64,000 nucleotides of DNA from Phycisphaeraceae bacterium (GCA_963674705.1 OY771506.1:4256001-4320000); one strand, 5' to 3'; positions 18,442 to 27,515 are shown, counted from the stretch's first letter. The notes: a model not told the origin generated them from the letters alone. A program made the numbers and translations.

Positions 18442-19330
18442 AAGAGCATCGCCGTCCGCGTACTGTGACACTCAGGAGGCAACCCAACCACACCACACCA
18501 GACACCGGCTCAGGAATCACAAAAGCATCAACATCCGGCGGCGTCCCCGCGTTCCAATTTCCAAGCACCATGTCAAGGTCGTCCAGGCCAACATACCCGT
18601 CGCCTGTCGGATCGCCGGTAAGTGGATCGCCCTGGATCGTCGTCTGGTTCCAGTTCGCTAGCACGATGTCCAAATCATCCAACCCGACGAAACCGTCCGT
18701 GTTCAGATCGCCGATCAGCGTCTGAATCGTGTTGGTGAAATCAAAGGTCACTTGTGCGGGAGTGTATGCAGTATTGATCGCTCCCGATGCGTCGCCGACG
18801 TAGACCTCATACGTCGCGCTGTATTCGCCCGGCTCTGTCACGGCATACCAGTTATGTGTCATCGACCCGGACCACGACCAGATATCCGTTGAACCAAATG
18901 TCTCGAATATCGGGATCATGGATTGGTCATTGGGATCAGGTATCCCCGTGCCGTTATCTTCCGCCCAGCCGCCTTCAAAAGTCTGCAGGCCTTCGGATTG
19001 CTCGATCACACGGATCCAGATCAGGTCGCCATGTAAATCAAACGGAAACAGCGCAGTCCAGCCGAATTGTGCGTTGTATCCCTTGCCATTCAACACCGAG
19101 AAGGGGGCATCAAATGCGTCCGGCCCAATCATCTCCGGGATTAATCCCGGGTCATCCTTGAAGACGAGTACCTGCCCGCCGGTCACGCCGATCTGCACGT
19201 GACTCATCAATCCGCCGAGCGTCTGCCCGTGCGTTCTGCTACCGGCAAGCAGCAGAACGCACAAGGCAAATAAGGTCGCCCGACCGATGGCTGTCCTTGC
19301 TCTTAACATCATCGGTATGCTCCGGTTCAT
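18401..19330 (-). CDS. PEP-CTERM protein with Met/His-motif domain and dockerin-like EF-hand repeats
   Basis: Signal peptide; MSH and MTHNWY motifs; GDLNTDGFVGLDDLD and GDPTGDGYVGLDDLD; IPEP + TM; ATGA overlap with the upstream gene. Confidence 0.82.
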   Translation of the reverse strand: MNRSIPMMLRARTAIGRATLFALCVLLLAGSRTHGQTLGGLMSHVQIGVTGGQVLVFKDDPGLIPEMIGPDAFDAPFSVLNGKGYNAQFGWTALFPFDLHGDLIWIRVIEQSEGLQTFEGGWAEDNGTGIPDPNDQSMIPIFETFGSTDIWSWSGSMTHNWYAVTEPGEYSATYEVYVGDASGAINTAYTPAQVTFDFTNTIQTLIGDLNTDGFVGLDDLDIVLANWNQTTIQGDPLTGDPTGDGYVGLDDLDMVLGNWNAGTPPDVDAFVIPEPVSGVVWLGCLLSVTVRGRRCSSPLPPQERVGVRA

Positions 19331-20124
19331 CGGCTTGTACCACGCTTTCGACAAACGAGCGCAGGCATACCAAGCAGCAAGATGCCCGCTGTCGCCGGTT
19401 CCGGTACCCAACTCACCGTGACATTCGCCGGCTGATACGCAGAATTAATCTCACCCGTGGTCGCGTTGCCGACGTAGACCTGGTATTCGACGTCATATCG
19501 TCCGGGAACAGTCGTGGCATACCAGTTATGAACCATGATGCCCGAACCGCTGGCCGGGAACGGTGGGGCGGTGAGGTTGGCCACGATATCCGGATCAAAC
19601 CACTTCCAGGCCTGCCCGACACCTAAAATCGGATCGAGCGTATGAGCACTCATCGGCAGCAAGGCGGATGTCGCACCCTGTCCACCTTCATACACTTCCA
19701 AAGTGCCCGGCCCACTTACTGAAACGGTCTTGATCCACACAGCCATACCACTGGGTACGGTCCAGGCCCCGGCGTCTGTCGTCATCCAGCCGAGTTGGGC
19801 GTTGATGTATTTGCCGTTCAACACGGTCCAGTCAGGCCCGCCCAAGCCGGATTCATCGGTGTAATCAGGATGCGTGTCATCCATAAACTTCAAAGGCAGC
19901 ACGGGTGTGTTACCCGACGGCGCCATCCCCGGATTCAGATGCACAATCACCTCATCCGCATCATTGATTGATATCTCGCCATGGAACATGCCCAATTCAC
20001 CAGGCTGCCCACCAACCATCCCCGGGTTTGGCGGGATCACCGAAGCCTCGATAGGCGCACCGGTCAAGCCAACCAAACCAGCAGATACAACCACCGCCGC
20101 GAAGCGGATTAGAAACGCTTTCAT
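19327..20124 (-). CDS. PEP-CTERM protein, paralog of the downstream gene
   Basis: Start MKAFL (20124) with GGAG RBS; MFH, NGKYINAQLGW, MVHNWYA; VPEPATAG + TM + RKR. Confidence 0.85.
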   Translation of the reverse strand: MKAFLIRFAAVVVSAGLVGLTGAPIEASVIPPNPGMVGGQPGELGMFHGEISINDADEVIVHLNPGMAPSGNTPVLPLKFMDDTHPDYTDESGLGGPDWTVLNGKYINAQLGWMTTDAGAWTVPSGMAVWIKTVSVSGPGTLEVYEGGQGATSALLPMSAHTLDPILGVGQAWKWFDPDIVANLTAPPFPASGSGIMVHNWYATTVPGRYDVEYQVYVGNATTGEINSAYQPANVTVSWVPEPATAGILLLGMPALVCRKRGTSR

Positions 20125-20257
20125 TACGTTCTCCCAAGGTTTTCCATTCAACAACAGCCGGCCGACCGCACAACTCGCGCGCGGTACCGACATCAAATCG
20201 CGATCCGGCGCAACACACGCCGATCGCTACGAATCATGTATTCACAGTTGAACAGGA

Positions 20258-20665
20258 TTAGCCCAGGGGTGGGGCTCTACCGAGATAGGTACGGACGGAT
20301 TCAGTCGCTTCAACTTCATCAGGCTGCGGCCATGCCAGCACCTGCACCAGTTCAAGCGGCTTCGGTGCGAAGTCCGGGGCAGGGGGCACATCCAGCACGC
20401 CGGTGAGATAGCAGATCGCACAATGCGTCACCGGTGCGCCAGGTTCAGGCGAATTGGAAGAATCAGACGGCGGACAGCAACACGAACTGGACCGCCCCAT
20501 GATTTTCGCCAACGGACACGGCTGGGCTTCCTCCGACTGCTTGACCGTGACCTGTGGCTTGCCACCCGGCAGCAGCACAAGCCCCCGCTTGTGTCCGGGC
20601 ACAATAACACCGAACCAGAGGGCAAACCAAACGACTGCGAGTTTTTGGAGTTTCTGATTGTCCAT
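20258..20665 (-). CDS. DUF2946/CruR-like protein (N-terminal TM, CxxC, C-terminal RAPP)
   Basis: Hydrophobic N-terminus, CPL...CCC, HCAIC, Pro-rich linker, ends YLGRAPPLG. Confidence 0.7.
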   Translation of the reverse strand: MDNQKLQKLAVVWFALWFGVIVPGHKRGLVLLPGGKPQVTVKQSEEAQPCPLAKIMGRSSSCCCPPSDSSNSPEPGAPVTHCAICYLTGVLDVPPAPDFAPKPLELVQVLAWPQPDEVEATESVRTYLGRAPPLG

Positions 20666-20754
20666 GAGACATCCGCCAGCAGCGAATCATAGGCGGATTA
20701 CCGCCTTTGGCAACTAAATTCCGGATAGCCCGGTGATCCGCTACGATACGCCGC

Positions 20755-21282
20755 ATGAGTATGCAAAAAATTCAGCACGCTTACTTGGCCGACACCGCCC
20801 GCGTCATGGGGCAGGTCAAACTGGGTAAAAACGTCAATATCTGGTACGGCGCAACCGTCCGCGGCGACGTCGCACCCATCACCATCGGCGACGGCACCAA
20901 CATCCAGGAGGGAGCCACCGTCCACTGCGACGGCGGCGTCCCCAACGATATCGGAGCGAATATCACGATCGGCCACGGCGCGATCATCCACGGCCGAAGC
21001 GTCGGCGACGGCTCGCTCATCGGCATGGGGGCCGTCCTCCTCGGCTCATCCGTCGTCGGCAAAAACTGCCTCATCGCCGCACGGGCACTCGTCACCGAAG
21101 GCGCCGTCATCCCCGACAACAGCGTCGTCATGGGCATCCCCGGCAAGGTTGTCCGGCAAGTGACTGACGATCAGATCAAGATGATGCACGAAAACACCGC
21201 GCATTACATAGAGCTGGCAAAGCACCATCATGAGAATCCGGAAGATAAAAAATGCCGGAAGTGGGGGGAGGGAAGCCATTAG
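20755..21282 (+). CDS. Gamma carbonic anhydrase family (YrdA-like) hexapeptide-repeat protein
   Basis: IWYGATVRGD, TNIQEG..VH, TIGHGAIIHG, GIPGKVVR. Confidence 0.9.
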   Translation: MSMQKIQHAYLADTARVMGQVKLGKNVNIWYGATVRGDVAPITIGDGTNIQEGATVHCDGGVPNDIGANITIGHGAIIHGRSVGDGSLIGMGAVLLGSSVVGKNCLIAARALVTEGAVIPDNSVVMGIPGKVVRQVTDDQIKMMHENTAHYIELAKHHHENPEDKKCRKWGEGSH

Positions 21283-21420
21283 CTGCTAGCCGTTAGCAAA
21301 TACAATTTGCTATAAGATTGAACATCGAACATCCAAACCACCCGGCCCTTCGCTTCGCTCAGAACCGGCGTTGGAATCAAAGAAATCTGACTAGTCCCCA
21401 GACCCCAGACCCAAGAACCC

Positions 21421-22143
21421 ATGCATTTATTCCCCGCTATTGATATCCGTAATAACCAGGTCGTTCGTCTCACACAGGGCGACTATGACCGTCAGACCAC
21501 GTACGAAGCCGATCCGGTTGAGCAGGCCAAACGTTTTGAAGATGCCGGCGCAACCTGGCTACACATGGTCGACCTCGATGGCGCACGTACGGGCAAACTC
21601 ACGCACGCGCCGCTGTTTGAGAAGATCTGCTCGCAAACCAGCCTGAAAGTCGAGGTCGGTGGGGGGGTGCGGTCCGAATCCGTCATCGACACCCTGCTGA
21701 ACGTCGGCATTACAAGAGTCGTCGTCGGGACCGCCGCACTTAAAAACTGGTCGTGGTTCGAAGCGCTGATGGGTAACCCGACCTACCGCGGCAAACTCGT
21801 CCTCGGGCTAGACGCCAAGCAAGGCAAGGTCACCACCGACGGCTGGGAACAGACCTCCGAACAAACCGCGCTCGACATCGCCAAACAGGTCACCGACTGG
21901 CCGCTGGCCGCGATCGTCTACACCGACATCGCCACCGATGGCACACTCAAGGGCCCGAACGTCGAAGCCACCCGCCAGATCGCCGAAGCCACCCACGTCC
22001 CCGTCGTCGCCTCCGGCGGCGTCGGCACCCTAGACGACCTCCGCGCTTTGCGTGAACTTCCCATCCAAGGCGCGATCGTAGGCAAAGCACTCTATGAAGA
22101 TGCGTTTACGATTGATGAAGCGATTAAGGCATTCGAGAAGTAG
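21421..22143 (+). CDS. hisA: ProFAR isomerase
   Basis: LFPAIDI, VVRLTQG, LHMVDLDGA, VGGGVR, YTDIATDGTL, ASGGV, GKALY. Confidence 0.95.
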   Translation: MHLFPAIDIRNNQVVRLTQGDYDRQTTYEADPVEQAKRFEDAGATWLHMVDLDGARTGKLTHAPLFEKICSQTSLKVEVGGGVRSESVIDTLLNVGITRVVVGTAALKNWSWFEALMGNPTYRGKLVLGLDAKQGKVTTDGWEQTSEQTALDIAKQVTDWPLAAIVYTDIATDGTLKGPNVEATRQIAEATHVPVVASGGVGTLDDLRALRELPIQGAIVGKALYEDAFTIDEAIKAFEK

Positions 22144-22262
22144 GGGAGCTGGCGTGATTCTGTAATGTTCATAATCCGAGCCGCCGTGCCCACACGGCGG
22201 TCCGCGTCGGGGGCGACGCGGCTCTGATGAACTTTTCACAACGAACCACTACCATGTAATCC

Positions 22263-22551
22263 ATGCCCGACCCACACACACAAGACGACAATCCCTTACA
22301 AGGAAGGCTACTTCGACTGGCAGGTCACCACACTGCTGCTTGCCTACGACCTGGTCGATCCCATCCCCGGCGACAAACCCGAACTGGCACAAGACCGACG
22401 GATGAAAACCGAGCAGGAAGTCCGCGACCTTTCACTGGCTGTCGTACCCGAAAAATACAAAGCCGACCCAACCCTCGACTGGCCGCCGGACGTAATGATG
22501 GCGATCACACGTGCGACTTTCAATCGCGTCAATGAAATCACAATTCCCTGA
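22263..22551 (+). pseudogene. Small hypothetical gene split by a frameshift near a (CA)5 tract
   Basis: The ATG 22263 frame gives MPDPHTQDDNP; a host-like GC3-rich frame continues in +1 (YKEGYFDWQVTTLLLAYDLVDPIP...EITIP*, stop 22549-22551) with no start of its own near the 5' end. Confidence 0.5.
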
Positions 22552-22604
22552 CCCATTGAACCCCCCACCACATTCGGTTTATCGGACTTTCAGCCATTAT
22601 CTAT

Positions 22605-23261
22605 TCAATCACGCAAAGGCGGATACTTCATGTGATTGCGGATACAAATTCTGGCCACATAACGTTCGCCCAATCGAGACGCCGCAAACAACAGGCCAGC
22701 GATAGTTGTATATATGATGATCTGCAATTGCTGGAAGCTGAACCAATTTGTTGACTCAAATAGTGAAACAGCAAAGATCAGGCATCCTATGATGAACCCA
22801 AGGATACTGATGTAGTATCCACACACGATTAAATGCATCAAAAGCACAAGCCCAATCCCCAAACCGCCACGAAACCGGACATAGGCCTTATAGACAAACA
22901 AAAGCCAGACCAATTGACAAGCCAGGCTGAACGCCAGGATGATATACGTACTGGCATCATGCCTCGCGTCTGACGGTGCGAATAGAAGCCAGGCCAACCA
23001 TAGGAATGCGATCGGCGAAGTGACTCCCGGAATACTTAACATGAGCAGCCCCGGAGCCCGGTACCAAGGCCGGTCCCATTGCCTAGCCGCCAAATCAGGC
23101 ACATCGATTACCAGACCACATTCCGGACACTCAACGACCGGCCCCAGCAAACCGCGCAGATTGTATTCACATCCCGGGCAGGCAATATCCATATCAACAA
23201 CATGCCCGTAATCAGGCTTGTCGGTTATCTCTGATTCATACGAAGAAGCGAGACATGGCAC
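22605..23261 (-). CDS. Membrane protein with N-terminal CxxC.YNLRG...CPECG zinc ribbon
   Basis: CPGCEYNLRGLLGPVVECPECG followed by ~4 TM segments. Confidence 0.75.
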   Translation of the reverse strand: MPCLASSYESEITDKPDYGHVVDMDIACPGCEYNLRGLLGPVVECPECGLVIDVPDLAARQWDRPWYRAPGLLMLSIPGVTSPIAFLWLAWLLFAPSDARHDASTYIILAFSLACQLVWLLFVYKAYVRFRGGLGIGLVLLMHLIVCGYYISILGFIIGCLIFAVSLFESTNWFSFQQLQIIIYTTIAGLLFAASRLGERYVARICIRNHMKYPPLRD

Positions 23262-23315
23262 CCCGTAAGCTCTTTAGAGGGCCGAACCTGGGCTCTGGAA
23301 GCCCGCCTGTCTTGA

Positions 23316-23343
23316 GTTATACATAACATATATTATCGGACTG
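23316..23343. other. dif-like XerCD recombination site (left junction of the provirus)
   Basis: Minus strand CAGTCCGATAA-TATATG-TTATGTATAAC: 11-6-11 layout, XerD arm TTATGTATAAC resembles E. coli TTATGTTAAAT. Confidence 0.8.
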
Positions 23344-23370
23344 AAATGCTGGCAGGGCGTTCGCAAACCC

Positions 23371-23673
23371 TTAACCACCCGCTAGTTGCCTAACAAGCGG
23401 GCCAGCCGATAATTTAGGCTCTTTTGAACTTTCGTCAAGCTGAAGGGTTTCGATGATGCCGAACACCTGATCTATCGGCACATAACCCGCCGCCGGATGA
23501 TTCGGCGGCTTCAATTCGTCCAGCTTGCCCGCGATGATCCAATTTGAAATGGTCGTCTTCGAGCAATGCAACAACCTCGCGGCCTCGGCTTGTGTCATTA
23601 CGCCGCCCGGATATTTGCGGATGATTTGCCGCCACCAAAAATACTTCACCATGTCCGGCATTTCGTTCGACAT
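23371..23673 (-). CDS. Helix-turn-helix DNA-binding protein (excisionase/HTH_17-like)
   Basis: MTQAEAARLLHCSKTTISNWIIAGKL; start reassigned to MSNEM (23673). Confidence 0.7.
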   Translation of the reverse strand: MSNEMPDMVKYFWWRQIIRKYPGGVMTQAEAARLLHCSKTTISNWIIAGKLDELKPPNHPAAGYVPIDQVFGIIETLQLDESSKEPKLSAGPLVRQLAGG

Positions 23674-23989
23674 ATGATCGGCCCGCCGTGATGTGTCCGT
23701 TAGGGTTATACCTAGCGGCCCCCAGAATATCGGACAATGCCTTCCCGTCAACATCCAACGGCCGATCGACCGGCAACGGCCCACGCTCCGGCATCGCTCC
23801 CGGGTCCGGCTGCACGACTTCACCGCCGCCCGGCTCAGGGTCACCGACTTGCACTTCAATATCGGTTGTACTCTTGTACGTGCCCTTGCCCGTCACACCC
23901 GGCGTCACCTCACAGCCCGCCAGCACGACACAACCGACCAACGCCCACGCGGTCAACAACAACGCAACTACAACACTAAAACGCTTCAT
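23435..23989 (-). CDS. Proviral lipoprotein, unknown function
   Basis: MKRF + hydrophobic stretch + LAGC lipobox; GAGGTG RBS; the 3' part overlaps the HTH gene, so the true end is uncertain. Confidence 0.55.
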   Translation of the reverse strand: MKRFSVVVALLLTAWALVGCVVLAGCEVTPGVTGKGTYKSTTDIEVQVGDPEPGGGEVVQPDPGAMPERGPLPVDRPLDVDGKALSDILGAARYNPNGHITAGRSYVERNAGHGEVFLVAANHPQISGRRNDTSRGREVVALLEDDHFKLDHRGQAGRIEAAESSGGGLCADRSGVRHHRNPSA

Positions 23990-23993
23990 CCGA

Positions 23994-24608
23994 TCACCTC
24001 TTTCTTAGATAACCCTCGACGGTCGCAACCGACGTGCCTCCGCCGTCGCCATAGAATGCAAAACGGAATCCCGGCCCCAACCAAACCCGATGCCCATCGA
24101 ATGACTCAGGCACCGCAAGAGCAGACGTCGGCCACTGCCACGTATGGTACGTCGTGCCGCTCGAATCTCTAACGAGCATCCGTGTCGTAGGACCACCCTT
24201 CATCGTCAACCGCGTTAACACAAAGTCGCTACCGTCCGGCACGATGTACATAACATTTTGAGCCGTCGTGAGATTCTCGACCGTGACACAAATATGATTT
24301 TCAGGACGCACTACCGGATTGCACACAAGCAACCCGCCCGGCTCCAGCGACTCTCCATCCTCAAGAAATGCCAACTCGACCCACTGACCGACCTGGGCAG
24401 CATGCGACAGGTACACGCGGTCAAAGTCATCCGCACGCCGAACCCTCGAACCGAACCGCATCGGCACCGAAGACTGCTCGCCCTTATCGAAAGCAATCGA
24501 GATAACCGCGTCGTGAGAACTGGCATCGTACACCATCACCGACCGGCCGCTCTCTTTGCGTAGAACAGTTTTCTTTTCGTTGTCTAAATAGTAACGCAGC
24601 GTTTTCAT
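23994..24608 (-). CDS. Putative vertex/spike protein 3 (shared N-terminal domain + beta-rich C-terminal domain)
   Basis: Start MKTLRY (24608) in ATGA overlap; VYDASSHDAVISIAF...FDRVYLS...QWVELA. Confidence 0.55.
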   Translation of the reverse strand: MKTLRYYLDNEKKTVLRKESGRSVMVYDASSHDAVISIAFDKGEQSSVPMRFGSRVRRADDFDRVYLSHAAQVGQWVELAFLEDGESLEPGGLLVCNPVVRPENHICVTVENLTTAQNVMYIVPDGSDFVLTRLTMKGGPTTRMLVRDSSGTTYHTWQWPTSALAVPESFDGHRVWLGPGFRFAFYGDGGGTSVATVEGYLRKR

Positions 24609-25465
24609 GTAACCGGCTCGATAATTAAGTATTGCGGAACAACTGAATCGGGACATTGATACACATCGGCATCTATCCAATAAATACCGGCAGGCGACGA
24701 CCCGCCCTCTTTGATGTAATGATGCGGCCACCGCGTCGGCGTCGTCGTCTTGTTGTAAACAAAAAACAACATTTCCCACCGACAGCCGACACCCGGATAG
24801 TAACGCATGCGGATCTCTGGATCGGAGTAGATCGTCACCGTATCCCACTCCCGCGAATCATCCGCAAGCCCGAATCCCATGCCTAACCACTTGCCGCCGT
24901 CCCAAGTGAACAGCCGGTCCCAACTTCCGTACCCTGCATAAGGATCAGACCCAAAATAAATGAACTGCGAGCCGTCGCAATCGAAGTTTGTGTCCAGCTT
25001 AACAGGCGGTCCCGAATACATGCGGTACTGCTCATACATCCCGGCAGGCGGATCGCCGCTTGGAAGTGATGGACAAGGCACCGGCAAACCATCGCCCGGA
25101 TCGAACGGCGGATCAGTGCTTGGATCGTTCGGACCTGTGATGTTTTCTGGTAGCCACCTCTGGCCGATTAAAAAGTAAGGCTCCCAGCACCCTGTCGGAT
25201 GCCCGCGTTGTTGCGTCAACGCCACCGTCAACCACTGATCGGCCTGCGATTGCCACTCAAACAACACTTCACGGCTCGGCATCGCCCGCCAGCCCTCGCC
25301 GATCGACATCGACAACGGGTCGCGTGCATCACCGCGGCAATCACGACTCACCGCCGACACTTCGGCGTCGATGCTCGATGCACGCACAACCTGCACGCCG
25401 CTTGTCACACCCGGCCAACGCTTGCGGCCGTCCTCGCCAAGATGAAGTGTTAGCAACGTCGCCAA
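24605..25465 (-). CDS. Putative vertex/spike protein 2 (shared N-terminal domain, Pro-rich linker, aromatic C-terminal domain)
   Basis: VVRASSIDAEVSAV...IGEGWR...EWQSQADQWLTV; start uncertain (TTG 25465 after GGAG, or ATG 25531). Confidence 0.55.
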   Translation of the reverse strand: MATLLTLHLGEDGRKRWPGVTSGVQVVRASSIDAEVSAVSRDCRGDARDPLSMSIGEGWRAMPSREVLFEWQSQADQWLTVALTQQRGHPTGCWEPYFLIGQRWLPENITGPNDPSTDPPFDPGDGLPVPCPSLPSGDPPAGMYEQYRMYSGPPVKLDTNFDCDGSQFIYFGSDPYAGYGSWDRLFTWDGGKWLGMGFGLADDSREWDTVTIYSDPEIRMRYYPGVGCRWEMLFFVYNKTTTPTRWPHHYIKEGGSSPAGIYWIDADVYQCPDSVVPQYLIIEPVT

Positions 25466-25481
25466 AACGATCAACGCTCCA

Positions 25482-25811
25482 CTACACAGCAACGGGTAAA
25501 GGTGTTGGCGATACGTAAAATTCCGGCTCATTACCGACCGACCCTTCTGGATCACCCCACGCGATTAACTCAACCCATGCGTCCGGCTGTTCATCCCAAC
25601 TTAGCTCGATACGCTCGTAAGGAACGAACCGCCAACCGTCTCCGATTCGCAGCAGAAGCGTTTCCCCGTCCGCTGGACCGCCTCTGAATGTTGCCGATAT
25701 AACCGCGTCGGCGTCGCTGGCTCGCCTTACGAGCAAGGCATGGCCCGCACGTGGTATCACCTTGCTTAGCTGCTCGGTGTTTAGTGCCTGATTGAATGTT
25801 TTGAAACTCAT
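25482..25811 (-). CDS. Putative penton-like protein (shared domain only)
   Basis: LVRRASDADAVISATF...IGDGWR...YERIELSWDEQPDAWVELI; 109 aa, beta-rich. Confidence 0.55.
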   Translation of the reverse strand: MSFKTFNQALNTEQLSKVIPRAGHALLVRRASDADAVISATFRGGPADGETLLLRIGDGWRFVPYERIELSWDEQPDAWVELIAWGDPEGSVGNEPEFYVSPTPLPVAV

Positions 25812-26282
25812 TCACTTTAAAGCCTTGAACAGCATATAAAGACCGAACGCCACAAGTACCGGGGTAATCAGCTTGTTGATTATTCGCCCGGCTTCGCTTT
25901 CTGTGCCCGTCGCCGATCGCGTCGTATCCGCCAACGCACTCAGAGCCGTCGACGTTTGCTGATCCGCACGCTGTGCGAATCCTGCGAACGTACCCGACAA
26001 CCCCGACAATGCAGTATTCGCCAGCCCTGAAACGCTGTTGATGATATTTGAGACGTCCGCACCCTCAAGCCCATTGATCCGCGTTGTGTTCGTCGTGTTT
26101 TCGTGATTGCGGATCACCGATGAGTAACGACCTCCGACCGTGCCCACGGCTTTCACTACGCCGATAGGCTCATCCGACGTAAGATCAAGCAGACCGTCAT
26201 CGTTACCGCTGACCGTTTGCTTTTTGCTTATCGCCGTCGTCTTGCTGGACGAACTCGAATTACCGCCGCCAAATAAACCCAT
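25812..26282 (-). CDS. Proviral membrane protein (Gly/Ser-rich N-terminus, C-terminal TM); possible DNA-entry protein
   Basis: MGLFGGGNSSSSSKTT...; C-terminal PVLVAFGLYMLFKALK. Confidence 0.65.
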   Translation of the reverse strand: MGLFGGGNSSSSSKTTAISKKQTVSGNDDGLLDLTSDEPIGVVKAVGTVGGRYSSVIRNHENTTNTTRINGLEGADVSNIINSVSGLANTALSGLSGTFAGFAQRADQQTSTALSALADTTRSATGTESEAGRIINKLITPVLVAFGLYMLFKALK

Positions 26283-26566
26283 TACTTACGCCCCTTCCTG
26301 CGACGACGACGACGACGCGACGAACTGCTATCCGTCAGCATCCACACAATCGCCAGGACGATCACAACCAACGCGATTAATGACGCAAGCGGATTGCGTC
26401 GCGTCATATCACGCAGAAAATCAGGGAATCCGATACCTCCGCCAAAGTCGACAATATCGCTGCCGTTATCCTGCGTACCGCTGAATCCTGAACACGCAGA
26501 CGATGAAGTGATCCCCGTACCTAAACCGGGAAACGCAAAGCTAGTACCCAACAGTCCGGCACTCAT
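26282..26566 (-). CDS. Small proviral membrane protein with poly-Arg tail
   Basis: TM LASLIALVVIVLAIVWML then SSSSRRRRRRRKGRK. Confidence 0.65.
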   Translation of the reverse strand: MSAGLLGTSFAFPGLGTGITSSSACSGFSGTQDNGSDIVDFGGGIGFPDFLRDMTRRNPLASLIALVVIVLAIVWMLTDSSSSRRRRRRRKGRK

Positions 26567-26983
26567 TTAAACCGCCTTTGTTACCTTGCCCAGCACACCA
26601 CGAACGGCCGGGCTGATCGTCCACAACACCATAATCACGGCAACACCGATCACAGCCAACGCCGCCCACTTGCCTTGAGCCCACAGCATCTTTAACGGAG
26701 CAAAGACGCCATCACTACCCCAAACACGTTCAACCTCTTTTGGGTACTCATCCGCAAACCGCGACGAAAACTCGAACGGATCGGCTACTACCTGACTTGT
26801 AATCAGCCCGGCATCACCCGGCAGATTACCCAGTAGATCGGATGCACCGCCTTGAATCATCGACGGAACACTTGCCGCGACATTGACTGTCGTATTCCAT
26901 GCACGGCTCATCGGGTCGATCCACCACCGCTTAAACTCATCGGCGTAGGCATCGGCAAATTGTCCAATCGGACCTACCGGCAC
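26567..26983 (-). CDS. Proviral membrane protein (C-terminal TM)
   Basis: WAALAVIGVAVIMVLW; GAGGTG RBS; abuts its neighbours. Confidence 0.65.
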   Translation of the reverse strand: MPVGPIGQFADAYADEFKRWWIDPMSRAWNTTVNVAASVPSMIQGGASDLLGNLPGDAGLITSQVVADPFEFSSRFADEYPKEVERVWGSDGVFAPLKMLWAQGKWAALAVIGVAVIMVLWTISPAVRGVLGKVTKAV

Positions 26984-26987
26984 GCGA

Positions 26988-27440
26988 TCACCTCCGCATC
27001 ATCAAGACCAGACCTAAGAACCCCGCGACGATCAACGCACCAACAGTCAGGCTACGCCGTGCCGCTTCCTGCTTTGCAACAGCGACCGCCCTATCCTGCT
27101 CAAGCTGTGCCGTGTCCTGATTCTTTAGCGAGCCGTAGCTATCACGCTCGATCTTGTCCACGCTCTCACGTGTGAAGTCGAGTATCTCGGCTTGCAGACG
27201 GTTTACACCCGCCCCAGCCAGCTTGTTGAAACTGTCCTGAAAGAAGTCGCCTAAGCCACTGAACAGACCGCCCGATCCGTTAGACACTTCACCGCGTGTC
27301 CCCGCCGATAAGTCCTGCGTCACTGTGAAATTCTCCAACGGGCTCGAACCGTTTGTAAGCGGATCAAAACTGATCGACCCAGCGTCCAAGACGCTCGGCG
27401 ACGGAAACGACTCGCCAAAATCAAAAGACATTAACGACAT
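26988..27440 (-). CDS. Proviral membrane protein (C-terminal TM)
   Basis: GAGGAGG RBS; C-terminal LTVGALIVAGFLGLVLMMRR. Confidence 0.7.
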   Translation of the reverse strand: MSLMSFDFGESFPSPSVLDAGSISFDPLTNGSSPLENFTVTQDLSAGTRGEVSNGSGGLFSGLGDFFQDSFNKLAGAGVNRLQAEILDFTRESVDKIERDSYGSLKNQDTAQLEQDRAVAVAKQEAARRSLTVGALIVAGFLGLVLMMRR

Positions 27441-27461
27441 CGAGATACCTCCTCGAACCGT

Positions 27462-27511
27462 AAAACCGCACCCGGCCGGGATAGCCTTGACCCGGCCGGG
27501 AAACGCTGCGG
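27462..27511 (-). terminator. GC-rich hairpin after the capsid gene (terminator/attenuator-like)
   Basis: CCCGGCCGGG x2 (27471-27480, 27491-27500) inside CCGCA/TGCGG, followed by TTTT on the minus strand. Confidence 0.55.
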
Positions 27512-27515
27512 CTTA

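Noticed and set aside
24609..24848. N-terminal 80 aa of the 284-aa ORF 23994..24848
   Set aside because: Overlaps the upstream gene; the paralogous domain and the ATGA coupling indicate a start at 24608
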